Part shown: positions 12,853 to 25,300 of the stretch, piece by piece
Layout: each line of letters begins with the position of its first letter
Numbering within the stretch: the stretch's first letter is position 1
NCBI GenBank assembly: GCA_002189035.1
Contig: NEEC01000018.1
Coordinates: 620,001-684,000 of the forward strand
Reading direction: 5' to 3'
Length of the DNA: 64,000 nucleotides
Source of the DNA: Utricularia gibba
Taxonomy: Eukaryota; Plantae; Magnoliophyta
Notes under the pieces: generated by a model
Told to the model about the DNA's origin: nothing
Database searches by the model: none
Seen by the model: the letters and a program-made list of their open reading frames with translations, nothing else
Position numbers and translations under genes: made by a program

Positions 12853-15498
12853 TGATAAACGGAAATTTCTTAATATCATTGTAAAAATAGAATTTTCGTA
12901 TCAAATAAATTTATAAGTCCTAATCTTCACAAAATAAAAATTAAACACAAGATGTACAATGGAATTTTGGAGTAGATCAAAGAGCAAGTACTTGTGTGTT
13001 TTCTCAAATGCAAAATCACAAAATAAAGGTTACTCTTAATCTAAGCTCAAGCGAACAACAGTACAAAAATTCAGTAAATAAAATCGAATCACAATGCAGA
13101 AGGTAACAAGTATAGGCTTTGTGCACAATGTAATATAGTGATACTTCAAGATAGTCTAGGTGATGTGATGCTAAAGTATATAATTTGATCTATAATGTTT
13201 CAATATACATAACTCCAAATAACCTAAGTTTATCCAGGTCATTTCTTATGTTTTTTTGTTAAGATAGTCCCTAATGTCATCATCCATCACATACTTAGGT
13301 CTACCAATGTGCAAAATATACAGAACTAGATCTATTCGACTCTACTGATTCTACTCAAGACAATCACCTACTATCTCTGCCTTCACTTGTTAGTCTATTT
13401 CTAGATTAAGCATCTTAGTTTTGAAGCTATTTGTTCCCCTTCTAAGGTCTATCAGAGGATTGATAGAAATGATAACTAAGATATAATGATCAGTTATCTC
13501 ATTAACCCTAGTCCCACATCACTAAAATACAATGATCTGTTATCTCATGAACCCTAGTCCTACATCACCATTCTACACCTTAAGATATCTCTAAAATCTA
13601 ACCAATTATATTTGGTAAGTAAAGCAAGGTTTCATAATCATAAACTAATGAAAATATCATAAACATTGTAAGATAAACTATCCCAAAAACTACTGATGTG
13701 TGTCGTTTCCACAACAAATTTTAATACTTTTAAAACTCGTAAAACACAAAAGCATAGTACGGGTGTCGAACACAGGGAGTTGTTTTTGAGTGAAAAGGTG
13801 AGGTACCCCGAATACAACTGTCACGATTTGTAAACGGTTTTCAAGGTAAATGGTGCGAGAAAGGTTGATGATGAAGCTTGAGTAAGGAAATAAGAGGGGT
13901 TTTGAGCAAACAACTAAAATAAACGTAAGCGATGAACCTTAAAAAAAGTAAATGTTCCTGGATTTGGAATCCTATCCAGCTATGTTCGTTGCGTCTACAC
14001 TCTTCTCTGATCCTCTCGAGTACTCGGTTATAGAAGTAAGTAATTGCCTACCCTCCCTTACACTCTCTTGCAAGAAGGCACAGGAATAGCCCGATGTTGC
14101 TCCTCCTTGGACGAACGTGAGAATAAGAGGTTCTGCCAGCGTACCCTCACGGCTGAATTGCGTGCGTGTGCCTGAGTGTTGCCAATGACCCAATGAGTCC
14201 AGATACGAGGTCACTACCTGTCCATTGATCTTGAGGTACGGCCACAGACAAAACGTTTTCTTCCTCCTGCCAAAAGGGCTCGAGTTGGTGCTTTCCACCT
14301 TGCTCCTCTCCAAAATCCGCAGGTAATAATCAGCTAACCATGAACCTTGTATAAGGAGACTGTTATACAAAGACTGCAACATAGTCGCGCGAAGACATAC
14401 GAAACTCGTTCGAATTCCAAAAAATGTTAAGATAAGCTAACGAAACATAGATCTGGCGGTGTTCCAAACCAGAAACCCAAGTTTCTAGCCACAAACGACC
14501 ATACCAACTAAAGAAAACGAAACAAGATTCTAGAGAGAATCTAGAGGAAAATTCCTCTAGAGAGAGAAAAAAAAAGGAAAACTTCACTGAAGTAAAAAAA
14601 CTTAAACTTGTATGAACAGAACTGAACTTCAATGAGAGTCTGATCTTTCATGTCCCTGTGATTCAACTAAACTTGGGATGACTTGTAAGCAACGTCTGAC
14701 ACTGGTACACTAATGATGCCACCTGTCAGAGACTCCCGTGTTCCGCACGTCAAGGCTTATGATTAAGCGTCTGTAGTCTTCCAGAAATCAAGGGAATGTC
14801 AGCTCGAAAAGATCCAATTTGTTACCATCTGATGCCCTCCTTATCTCACTTACTGTCACATGTGCACCTCTAAAAAAACTCAATTCAAACTAATAAAATT
14901 AATAGATAAAATACAAAATTTAGGATAATTACCCTAAACTAGATAAAAACCTAAATCTCATATTATAGACTCCTAATTAGACACTTCTAATCACATTTAA
15001 GCATAAAAACAACTTAAGAAATAATAAGAAAATGACACTTAACAACTAGATATCCAACAAACTAAAATTAAAGCGAAATAGTTCTATTCTCTATCTGTTA
15101 CTATTCATAGCTCGAAATAGTAATGTTGAATTGAGTTTCGATGCTTGTTCTTTATATTGGGGATTTTTTTCTTAGAAAATCATGTTCTTCTTTCTTCCTT
15201 GGTGTACTTCTTCCCCTTCCTAGGGTCTGGTCCCATTCTTCCCCTTTCTCTCTCTCAAAAAATATCTTCATTTTTTTCCATTTTCCCAAATCAATACATT
15301 GTTCCTGGCATCGTACTGTTCATGGTCTAAACCTACAAATTGTAAGCAATAGAATATCAATCATGCTCCCTCTTTGTGTTTTGTGTATATTGACCTTTGC
15401 TTATAAACTAGCTAAATTTGATCTAGAATAAATTACTAATACTTAGAAAAACATTAGAAATCATAATATAAACTGAATGATAATACTTTTTGTGATCA
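12853..15498 (-). mobile_element. Solo LTR, family B (Athila-like), interrupted by the family A copy
   Basis: Begins TGATAAACG...GTATCAAATAAATTTATAA like 37394 and 59567. Internal blocks align with 37750-38250, and it ends TTTTTGTGATCA. No matching TSD (TATTT vs ATACT). Confidence 0.75.
13694..15044 (-). mobile_element. Solo LTR, family A, second copy
   Basis: Runs TGATGTG...CTTAACA and is colinear with 2350-3712. The TSD is ACTAC/ACTAG (one mismatch). Confidence 0.9.
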
Positions 15499-16315
15499 AT
15501 ACTCGTATTATACTCTATTGTCTTTTGTATTTTTTAAATTAAAATTTATTGAGAAAACATCACACAACAATATCCTTATTTTCATAACTCCTACATAAAT
15601 CAATATGATGGTATGTGAATATGCAGTACACTACAATGATAATATGATTAAAAGAAATATTAAAAGGTAATACCTAAATAATAGCTATAAATATAAAATA
15701 TTTTATAAATTTATAATTCTATAATACAAAAAAAATCACATGTTTCCATTTTAAAAGATAATTTAATTAATTATTGACAACACACATCATGTTTTATTAT
15801 GATTTATATTTTGTTTGAATAGTTTTTTGCATTCTAAGTGTTGTAAACATATTTTTATGTTTACGTGTGAAAGTAGACTAAATCCTTTGATTTTTTCTAT
15901 CTAATGTTACTAATGCTTAATTAAATCTGAGCAGTAGAATTAGCAATAAATTGGACTGAGAATACATGGATCAAGTCAAGGGCATGCAGCATAAAAGGGG
16001 GAGACAATAAGTGCAACTTTTGCTATAGCACACTATAAGTTAGAGGTAGGAACAGTAAGGATATTAGAAACTGTAAGTGCATTGAAAAAAGAGATATTTT
16101 GGAGGAGAAAGAATTACAAAGGGAAAGCTTTGACAATGAGGAATAATACAAGGAACGAAGAAAGTAGGAAGACAATTTTTCCAGGAGAAAAATCTACAAT
16201 TAAGAACAACCATTGAAATCAGTTCAACACTACTATTCTAGTCATTGAATAGTAACGGACATAAAATAGAACATTTTAGTTATGTTTAGCTTACGTAAGA
16301 CTTTTTCTATGTGAT

Positions 16316-17330
16316 TGATAAATGTTGTAACTCATTACTAAATGTCGTGATCTAGCATGTTCAACGTATCAAAAGAAATTTATAAACCTAGTTATTTTAC
16401 TACATAAATCACAAAAATTAATATAACGTGGCAAGCAATGATTGAATCTACAGGAAATAGTTGTAATTTCTTGAAGTTATTTACATTTACTGAAAATAGG
16501 GGGGTTTCTAGTAGTTAAGTTCTTATGCGTGTAATACGTATAATAACACCAATTGAAATAAACAAGTTGCATGGATGAATGAGAATAGAAAGTAACGGGA
16601 ATGCATAGAAAATATAAAGTAGAGGTGATTTGGTTGGATTTTGTACTAGAATCTAGCTCTTGTGTCACTTGAGAGAATGCATAGACTTAAACCCAATTTT
16701 ATCATGTCCAAAAAACAGAGTAAAGGATAGCGTCAACAGTAGATATATTAAAGTTAAAACTAAAGACGAAAAACTCGAACATAAACTAGTTCATAAACTC
16801 GAATAACATCTACAGGAGGTTTCTTGTTCACAACCAAGCACTAGAAAACATAAAGGAAAACATGGAAAATGCAAGAAATACAAGAACACATTCAAAGTTA
16901 GAAATAGAAAGCTAGGAAACGAAAATAAAAGTATCAGGTTGCTTCTGTGAGATATAGATCTACTGGAACTCAAAGTTTTGGGCAGAAATCTGGTAGGAAA
17001 ATGTAGATCTAGAAGATGGCCGGAGCTATTCGTCAAAGAACCACCATTCTCCTCGCTTCTTACTCCTTACTATTCGCTCTCTCCTCTTTCGTCGCTTCTC
17101 TTTTCTTTTTCTGCTCAAAAGGACATCTCCATCTTTTTCTTGGATTTCTAGAAGAAAGATTTCTACTCCAAACCTTATCCTATCAGAGGACGGTTACTTT
17201 CGGCTAAAAGTCACTTTTACACAATTTTTTTGTTTCTTTTGACTTGTCAATATAGAAAGGATGCTGTTAGTACTGGTTTCTACACTATTAAGACTTAGAC
17301 GCAAACTAAAAAGAAACGTTAGAGTTATCA
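16316..17330 (-). mobile_element. Old family-B-like (Athila-type) LTR
   Basis: Starts TGATAAATG...CGTATCAAAAGAAATTTATAAACCTAG...GAATCTACAGGAAA and ends GAGTTATCA, matching family B termini. It is more diverged and has no TSD. Confidence 0.55.
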
Positions 17331-17422
17331 ACTCAATTGTTGCTACTATGGAAATTATCTAATAAGAATAAGATATTAAATTATGAAATTAAATTTTATA
17401 TGAAAATTGCTTATCCAGAAAA

Positions 17423-17445
17423 TGGGCCTCTAAATCTATTGGGCC
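17423..17445 (+). promoter_or_regulatory. Two site II (TGGGCC) motifs upstream of the CWC16-like gene
   Basis: TGGGCC at 17423-17428 and 17440-17445. Site II is typical of plant housekeeping, translation and splicing gene promoters. Confidence 0.5.
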
Positions 17446-17652
17446 GACTCCAATTTTTGGCTGTGGTGTACCAAATCAAGGTCTTGAAGGGATGAGGAGG
17501 GAATTCAACAACGAAACTTGAAACACCAGGTAACGAGCCTCCCTCTTTTTTTCTCCCCCAGGTCTGCTGCCGTGCCCTTCCTCCGTCTTCGAAGATCCCA
17601 TCCATTTCTAAAGGTTAAGACACCGGTCTTCTGCGGATTGACGAATTGAAGG

Positions 17653-19330
17653 ATGGTAGGTTCTTATTCCGCTTTCCTCCGTGTGATCGATAGATTTTAC
17701 CTGCGGATAGCGTTAGGAGATTTGTTATTTATGCTGGCTGTTCATCGAAGAATTTGAGTACCAGATATCCCGAAAACGTGTGACATTGTCAAGGTCTGTT
17801 TAGGTTTGGGGATCATACTTATTTGCCCTTCGATCGTCAAATGTGACCGGGGATAGGCTTGAATACTTTTTTTTTTCGGTTTCTGAAGATCCCCTAAGGA
17901 TATAGGTTCAAAATGAAAAGTTTATATCTGATCCAGTTATATGAGAAATCCCTCGCCATTTAAAATGTTTTTCATTCGGTTCACTTTTTTATAACATTAT
18001 GCAGAACTCCGGTTCTGATTTTTTTTTTTTTTTTTTTTTTGCTTTGCTTTGCAGTCCTCTCTTGCAGCTGCTAGGGCTGATAACTTTTACTATCCTCCAG
18101 AATGGGAGCCAAAGAAGGTATGCACTGCTCACTCCTTTTAGAGACGAAAATTGTATGCTTGATTCTACGGCGCGTGTATGCTGATTTTTTTTCCATATAT
18201 TTACTAGGGGGGACTGAACAAGTTTCATGGTCAACATGCTTTGAGAGAGAGAGCCAGAAAAATAGATCAGGGCATCTTGATTATAAGGTAATCACTGATC
18301 TCTGGGGAAATTATTGCATCATTTTTAAATGGAATATCTGTTTTGTTCAATAACTTTATCTGATCATTTGTGCATAATGCTGTTTAATTTTTCAGGTTCG
18401 AGATGCCCTTCAACATCTGGTGTGGTGGTTGTGAGTCAATGATTGCGAAGGGAGTAAGATTTAATGCAGAGAAAAAGCAAGTTGGAAATTACTATTCCAC
18501 AAAGGTATCTACATGAAAATTAAGCTTGACACATCTCTTGGAGTTTGGAATAGCTGCAGAAACCAATGTTTTTTTTTTCTGGCAGATATGGAGTTTTACG
18601 ATGAAGTCTGCTTGCTGCAGGCATGAAATTGTGATTCAAACAGATCCACAGAATTGTGAGTATTTGATTATAAGTGGAGCCCGCAAAAAGATTGAAGAGT
18701 TTGATCCTGAGGATGCTGAAACATTGGTGCTACCCGACAATGGTCAGCTTTGTCTTCCTATTACAAGTGTTAATGTTGACATGCTGTCATTTCTGTTGTC
18801 TGGATTTTTTTAACTTGTTTTCCCGGTTTTCAGATAAAAGCAAAATGGCTGATCCTTTTAAGCGGCTTGAGCATGAGGAGGGTGATCTCAAGAAGAAAAA
18901 GGAAGCAGAGCCAAGATTAGTACGCCTGCAACGGATTTCCAATTCAAGGCATTTGGATGACTATGCACTGAATAAATCCCTAAGAGCGAGGCTCAGGGAA
19001 CAGAAGAAAAGAGTAGCAGAGGAGGAGGCTAGTTCTAGGAGAGCAGGCCTTGGCATCAGGCTCCTCCCACCCTCTCAGGAGGATTCCCTGGCTGCATCTC
19101 GTGTGAAATTCGCTACCAGGTTTGAGCAGAACCGCAAGGACAAGAGAGCTCTTATCCATGCAACTTCAATCTTTTCCAAATCATCTGCTGCTTCTGCTGA
19201 TGATACAAGACACGTGGAGCTGCAAGCTAAACGGAGAAAAATAAGCGCTTCCACAGCATCAAAATTGTTATTCGGAGGTGTAAAGCCCGCCTCATTCTCT
19301 TCTGCATCTTCAAAGCACCGGAGGCCTTGA
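17653..19330 (+). CDS. CWC16: CWC16/CCDC130 (YJU2B, DUF572) splicing factor; 6 coding exons: 17653-17655, 18055-18117, 18208-18287, 18396-18504, 18586-18742, 18834-19330
   Basis: The spliced product [96 protein letters not shown]... is the DUF572 signature. All junctions are GT-AG and in frame. Confidence 0.92.
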
Positions 19331-19699
19331 GTTTAATAGCTCTTAAATATGGCCGCCTGTGTGATACCCATTCATTGTATTTCTTCTGTGTGATAGTAGT
19401 GGTAGTCATTTGAGCTGAATTCTAGCTTTTTTCACTCGATGCCGCTTAATGGCTTGCAAAGTGTGAAGTTCAAACAGCATCTTCATTTTCTCGAGTGGTT
19501 TTTGCATTAAACAGTTTACTTAAAAACTAAATTGGGACTATAAATGTACAAGGAGTTCAATAAAAATGAAAAAAAAATCAAATGATAATAAAACACAATA
19601 TTTTTCAATAGCAGACAAATCAAATTATTAATAAAATACAATATTCTTCAAAATAATATATTAATAAAATGACTAATTTGTACTAGCAAACCTTTCCCT

Positions 19700-20950
19700 T
19701 TATAATTCTAGGCATTATTAATGATAAAGATCACATTATCTACCACAACACTATTTATTGTATTTTCTTTCAAGTAAAAATGTAGTCACTATCTTCACTA
19801 TGTCCTTCATGATTTACACTTTCTAAAAAGATTCATTCAAATTTATTCTCAAACATAAAATTTATCAAATACCATTTTTTTTTGGATCTTCCCATCCATC
19901 TGTAACAATAAACCTTATGTTTCCCAAGTTTATGCAATAGCTTCAAGTGTAGCATCGACTTTTAATCTCTTATATGTCAAAAGCATTGTTTGTAGACTAT
20001 ATAAACTAGAGATTTATAACCTATAAAGTATGTGGAAATATTAAACATAACAAGCAATATATTAAAAATTAAAATCAATTATTTAGGAATTAGATACTAA
20101 CCTTTGATTATAGATTTATAAGCCCATTCCATCATCCTTTGAAAGTTTAGATTTTTAGCAACATTAAAAAAGAATAACAATTGAAAAGAAACAATCATTT
20201 TTTCCCACAACTTTCAGATTTTATTGATATTGCACTCAATAGTTGTAGAAGATATGAACTTATTGAGGGTTGACCAACTTATGATGCCTCTCATTCTTGT
20301 CTTAAGTCAAGGGTCTTACTTTTGATTAGCAATTCTCACAAGCTTATTCTTCTCTATAGTATTAATATTGAGTAAATTATAATTCTCTCGCCTCTTATTT
20401 TCAGTAGATATGCTGAAATTGTTTAGAAGGGTCCTTTAAAATTTTTCTTACAAAAGTTACAAAAAGAGAAAATTGTTATAAAAAATACACAAATAAAAGT
20501 AATAATATTTTTAATAAAAAATCAATAATATTTGAATTATCTCCTAATTGGATGACTTACACTTAAATTAAGACAAGAAAAATATATGCTACAACATATA
20601 GAAAATGACAATTAACAACTATATAACTTTCTCTTAACCTATTCATAAATCTATTCCACTATTGTTGATAATGAAGTAATTATTCATATCATTCAAAATC
20701 TAATCTTTAAGAAAGAACCATGCATCTCAATATTAGCTATCATGTTATTTGAGAATATTACACCTCGGGATTTCTTGTGCCGCATTATGTACCTTCAAAG
20801 TTGCAGCTTTCCGATATTTTGAACAAGACATTTCCAGCACTTCAATTTCATGCATTCTTTGGTTATTTCCATCTTGTCAACCCTATCTTGTCCGTTCACA
20901 ATATTCTATCGTGAGAGCGGAATGTTAAATTTTGTGTACGCATGATAAAT
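19700..20950 (-). mobile_element. Highly decayed hAT transposase remnant (DUF659/RNase H-like, possible BED finger)
   Basis: The minus strand near 19760-19930 reads VTDGWEDPKK...NF...FLESVNH, matching the hAT DGW.D...INF....FL.SVD motif. A Cys-containing BED-like piece lies near 20800. There are many stops. Confidence 0.5.
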
Positions 20951-23125
20951 GTAACATTAAACATCAGTTACCATAGATTAAAAGACTAAAAATTTATATA
21001 AATATAATAATCTTCATGAGTAATTTATCAGCTGGATACAAACATCCCACCGCAGCCAGGTATTAGAGTAGGCAGTTGCATTCATGAATGTGAACACCAA
21101 ACGAACATTACTACTACTACTACTTTTTTAAAAAATAAAAGTATTATCATAAGTTCAACGCATTTAACAGTGAAGCTGGTGGCATATCGCCATAAGCTTC
21201 ATAAATACATAAAAATGGGGACTCATTCCTGGGAAGAGATAGGAGGAGTCTCCTCATCTTGGCATAGTTGAGAGATTCATCTGAATGACGTTTCTGGTTA
21301 TCTTCTAAGTCATGTCCTTCCAAATGCTCCATTTGGAGTGTTCCCCATACACTTCGTTGGTAGCATCCATAGTAACTGAGAGCCATCGCGCACCAGCCCC
21401 AGCAATAATTGTGGCAGTAGTTGAAGTAATTCAGTAAAAGGCACGCCTAGCAGCCATATCAATAAAAAAAAAAAAAGGAAATTAATCTTGATTCCCAAAT
21501 CAAACTTTCTAGTGTCTACAATTAATTAACAAAACAGGCAGTATTTCTTCAAGAAGGTGCATTTACACCAAGATTGCATGCATCAGTTGGTTGAGAAGAG
21601 GAATAGATACCCTCCTGCACAAGGGCCCTGCCCTTACATTAATTATTGCGTAAGGGGGATACAAAGTCAACAATAATGTCAGATTACTAGTTTTAAGTAG
21701 TGCATTATTCTGTTTCTGCCCTATTTTTAGATTAAAGCAGCAGTTAGCAACCACTTCAACAGTTGGTTTTTTTCCATGGCTCTCATTACCTGCCACTGTG
21801 CATCTACTGTGTCCTATATATGTCTTTCTCTCGTCCCCTACTCTGAACTGTTCGTCGCACAACCTGTGGATAGCCTGGGACCATCATATGTTGAACTTTT
21901 CAAATTTTTTTCCCATTTTTTGATTACTCTTGAGTTGAGTAGTGGCATGGCACGTTCTCAAATAGCCAAATGAAAACAAATAATCGGATTAAACATAATC
22001 AGATAGTTCAGATCTCAATTAATGCGTTCGTTTTCATCCATATTTAACCATGTACACCCTTACAATCAATCTGAATTTTAGGCAATGGGACTTATACATA
22101 TTTTTTTGGTGTCTATTACTGGTTACTCTTTGTGTTTAATCATCCCAACCATATATCATTACAGCTGATCACGCTGTACGAAAGGGGCACCTGCTCTATA
22201 CCTAGAAACGCGTTGACATCGTGGCATACGAAGGAAAAACTCAGCAAAGAGGTAGCTAATAGTCTTTTTTTTTTTTTGTTTCAACTGTGGTAGTTAACCA
22301 TAGTTTCACAATCATTTACCTACAGTGAAAAATAAGTTAACTATAAGGGAAGAATTTTGTCCCCTTTAGCAAGTGTTACCCCAAGTCACCTTGGTTTAGG
22401 GTTTGGATCAATTGTTCAAGTTACTTAACGTGACCCCCCCGGGAGTGTTGACTGGACGATGTTTTAATAGATATGTAACGGTAGCTCAAAGTCATACACA
22501 TGAATGTCTTCCGATAAAATCATTTAGAATTCGGGTCGTCTTTTTTGCTGCAGCAGGTTATAGCAGATAAACGCCTACCTTGTTCCATTACCGCCCCTGC
22601 AGCTTGGTGCCTCTGCAGTGCTCTTTTCTTTTTCTTTGCTTCGTATTATTCTTTTGGGGTTCTTTTTTCTTCTTTGGGTGTTACCCTCTGCAGGATCCAG
22701 AAGATTATCGAGTGGTTATTGCGTCGAGGAGTCGATGTTAAAAACTCCAACTTTCACGGTGTCACATTCATGCATTAACGCTCCTATAAACATCGACAAG
22801 AGCACTCCTTTTTGGCATGAAATCATTAAATATATATATATATAAGAAAAATAAATGGGATTTGGGGTACTGGAACCTGGTAGTCAAGATGGGGAAGGTT
22901 TGGCCTCTTCCTGTTGAATTAGAGTTGAAGTTAATATTTAAATGGGGGGTTTGGATTGAGAAATGGTCAGGGATTAGGTACAGTTACAGCTAATACTTTG
23001 AAATGTGCACATGCCAACTGCACCATTTGGACTTCTGAAATTAAAACTCATTTTATATTTAAATCCCCTGTCTATATAATCGCCCATCATTCATCGACTC
23101 CACCGTAGGGAAAAACAAGAGTGGG

Positions 23126-25300
23126 ATGAGAATGAGGGTCCAGGGCGGGGCCTCGGCCTACTTCCGCCATTCGCTGCCGCCGCTTCTGGTGGCTTTGGCG
23201 GTTTTCAGTCTTTCCGGCATTGCTTCTGCTGGTGATCTTTATCTTTATTCCTCCCCACCGCCGCCGTATGAGTACAAGTCCCCCCCACCGCCACCATACA
23301 AATATGAATCTCCGCCTCCACCACCTTACAAATACGAATCTCCGCCTCCACCCCCATACGAGTACAAGTCCCCCCACCGTCACCATATGAGTACAAGTCT
23401 CCACCGCCGCCACCTTACAAATATGAATCTCCGCCTCCACCGCCGTATGAGTACAAGTCTCCACAGCCGCCACCTTACAAATATGAATCTCCGCCTCCAC
23501 CACCGTATGAGTACAAGTCTCCTCCTCCTCCACCATATGAGTACAAGTCTCCACCACCGCCACCTTATAAATATGAATCTCCTCCTCCACCACCGTATGT
23601 TTATAAATCTCCACCCCCACCGCCGTATGAGTACAAGTCTCCACCACCACCACCTTACAAATATGAATCTCCGCCACCACCACCGTACGTTTATAAATCT
23701 CCTCCTCCTCCTCCATATGAGTACAAGTCTCCACCACCGCCACCCTACAAATACGAATCTCCGCCTCCACCACCTTACAAATATGAATCTCCGCCGCCAC
23801 CGCCGTATGTTTACAAATCCCCCCCTCCTCCACCATATGAGTACAAGTCTCCACCACCGCCACCTTACAAATATGAATCTCCGCCACCACCGCCGTATGT
23901 TTATAAATCTCCCCTCCTCCACCATATGAGTACAAGTCTCCACCACCGCCGCCTTATGTGTACAAGTCTCCGCCACCACCACCTTACAAATACGAATCTC
24001 CTCCTCCACCACCATATGTTTATAAATCTCCACCTCCTCCACCATATGAGTACAAGTCTCCACCACCACCACCGTATGTTTACAAGTCTCCACCACCCCC
24101 GCCTTATGTGTATAAATCTCCACCTCCACCACCTTACAAATACGAATCTCCCCCACCACCACCATATGAGTACAAGTCTCCACCGCCACCACCTTACAAA
24201 TATGAATCTCCACCACCACCACCATATGTATACAAATCTCCCCCTCCACCATCATATGTGTATAAATCTCCTCCACCACCTTATGTGTACAAATCTCCCC
24301 CGCCACCCGAGAAGTCACCTCCTCCACCATACTACTACACTTCTCCACCACCTCCGGAGAAATATCCGCCCCTGCCACCTCCTTCAATAATTGTTAAGGT
24401 CGTCGGAAAAGTATATTGCTACAGGTGTTATAATTGGACATATCCAGAGAAATCCCACAGCAGAAAACATCTTGAAGGTACACATTCACTTATTTCCCAT
24501 GTTATTATATTACCAATGACTAGTGAAATTGTCAAATGAAATATTAGTTTCGCCTAGTTACATATTACATATAGATTCTGAGCAGAAAATGTCTTGGTTT
24601 CTTTGAAATAGGTGCCACTGTAGAGGTGACATGCAAGTTGGGTGACAAAGAAATAATTGGGTATGGTAAAACAAAAGACAACGGCAAGTACAGCATCACC
24701 CTCGAGGGATTCGACTACGACAAGTATGATGCAAAAGCATGCGTTGCAAAGCTCCATGCACCGCCTCCCAAGTCAGCATGCAATTTGGCAACGAATTTGA
24801 ATGGGGGAGAAAAGGGAGCTTATCTCAAACTCAAATCCAAAACCACATATGAAGTTGTTCTCTATTCTAGACCTTTTGCCTATGCTTCCAAGACACCATA
24901 TGAAATCTGCGAGAAGCATTCGCCACCTCCTTACATTTACTCCTCTCCTCCTCCGCCTCCCTACGTCTACAAATCTCCTCCTCCACCTCCTTATGTGTAC
25001 AAGTCACCACCACCACCCCCGTATGAGTACAAGTCCCCTCCTCCACCACCTTACAAATATGAATCTCCTCCTCCGCCTCCCTACGTCTACAAGTCTCCTC
25101 CTCCACCCCCTTATGTGTATAAATCTCCACCACCGCCACCTTACGAATACAAGTCTCCGCCACCACCTTACGTTTACAAATCACCTCCACCGCCGTCACC
25201 CTCACCTCCACCACCCTATGAGTACAAATCTCCACCGCCACCATCACCGACACCTTATCTCCCTTACATTTACTCATCCCCACCTCCACCCTACTACTAA
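23126..25300 (+). CDS. Chimeric extensin with central Pollen Ole e 1 domain; exons 23126-24477 and 24612-25300; two 1-bp frameshifts in the assembly
   Basis: A signal peptide is followed by about 35 SPPPPPY(E/K/V)Y(K/E) repeats, then the Ole e 1 domain (VVGKVYCYRC...EGATVEVTC...C), then a second SP4-5 block ending PPPPYY*. The intron is GT-AG. A TATA (CTATATAA) is at 23072. Restoring one C near 23373 and one near 23912 gives a 680-aa ORF. Confidence 0.88.
23250..24360 (+). repeat. 30-bp coding tandem repeat (extensin decamers); a second block at about 24920-25297
   Basis: Exact 30-nt periodicity of TCT/TCC-CCN5-TAY-NNN-TAY-NNN units. Confidence 0.95.

Noticed and set aside
2593-14382. 124-136-aa ORF open in both family-A LTRs (2593-2967 and 13972-14382)
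   Set aside because: By hand there are about 10 nonsynonymous or nonsense versus about 5 synonymous differences, close to neutral. It has a TTG start, different stops in the two copies and no known domain.
2350-15044. The two family-A LTRs as ends of one giant element that captured the peptide gene
   Set aside because: Each copy has its own TSD (CCATG; ACTAC/G) and sits inside a different host LTR. There is no PBS, PPT or Gypsy coding sequence between them.
21147-22845. Several 60-100-aa ORFs upstream of the extensin
   Set aside because: No recognisable motifs, splice structure or codon bias.
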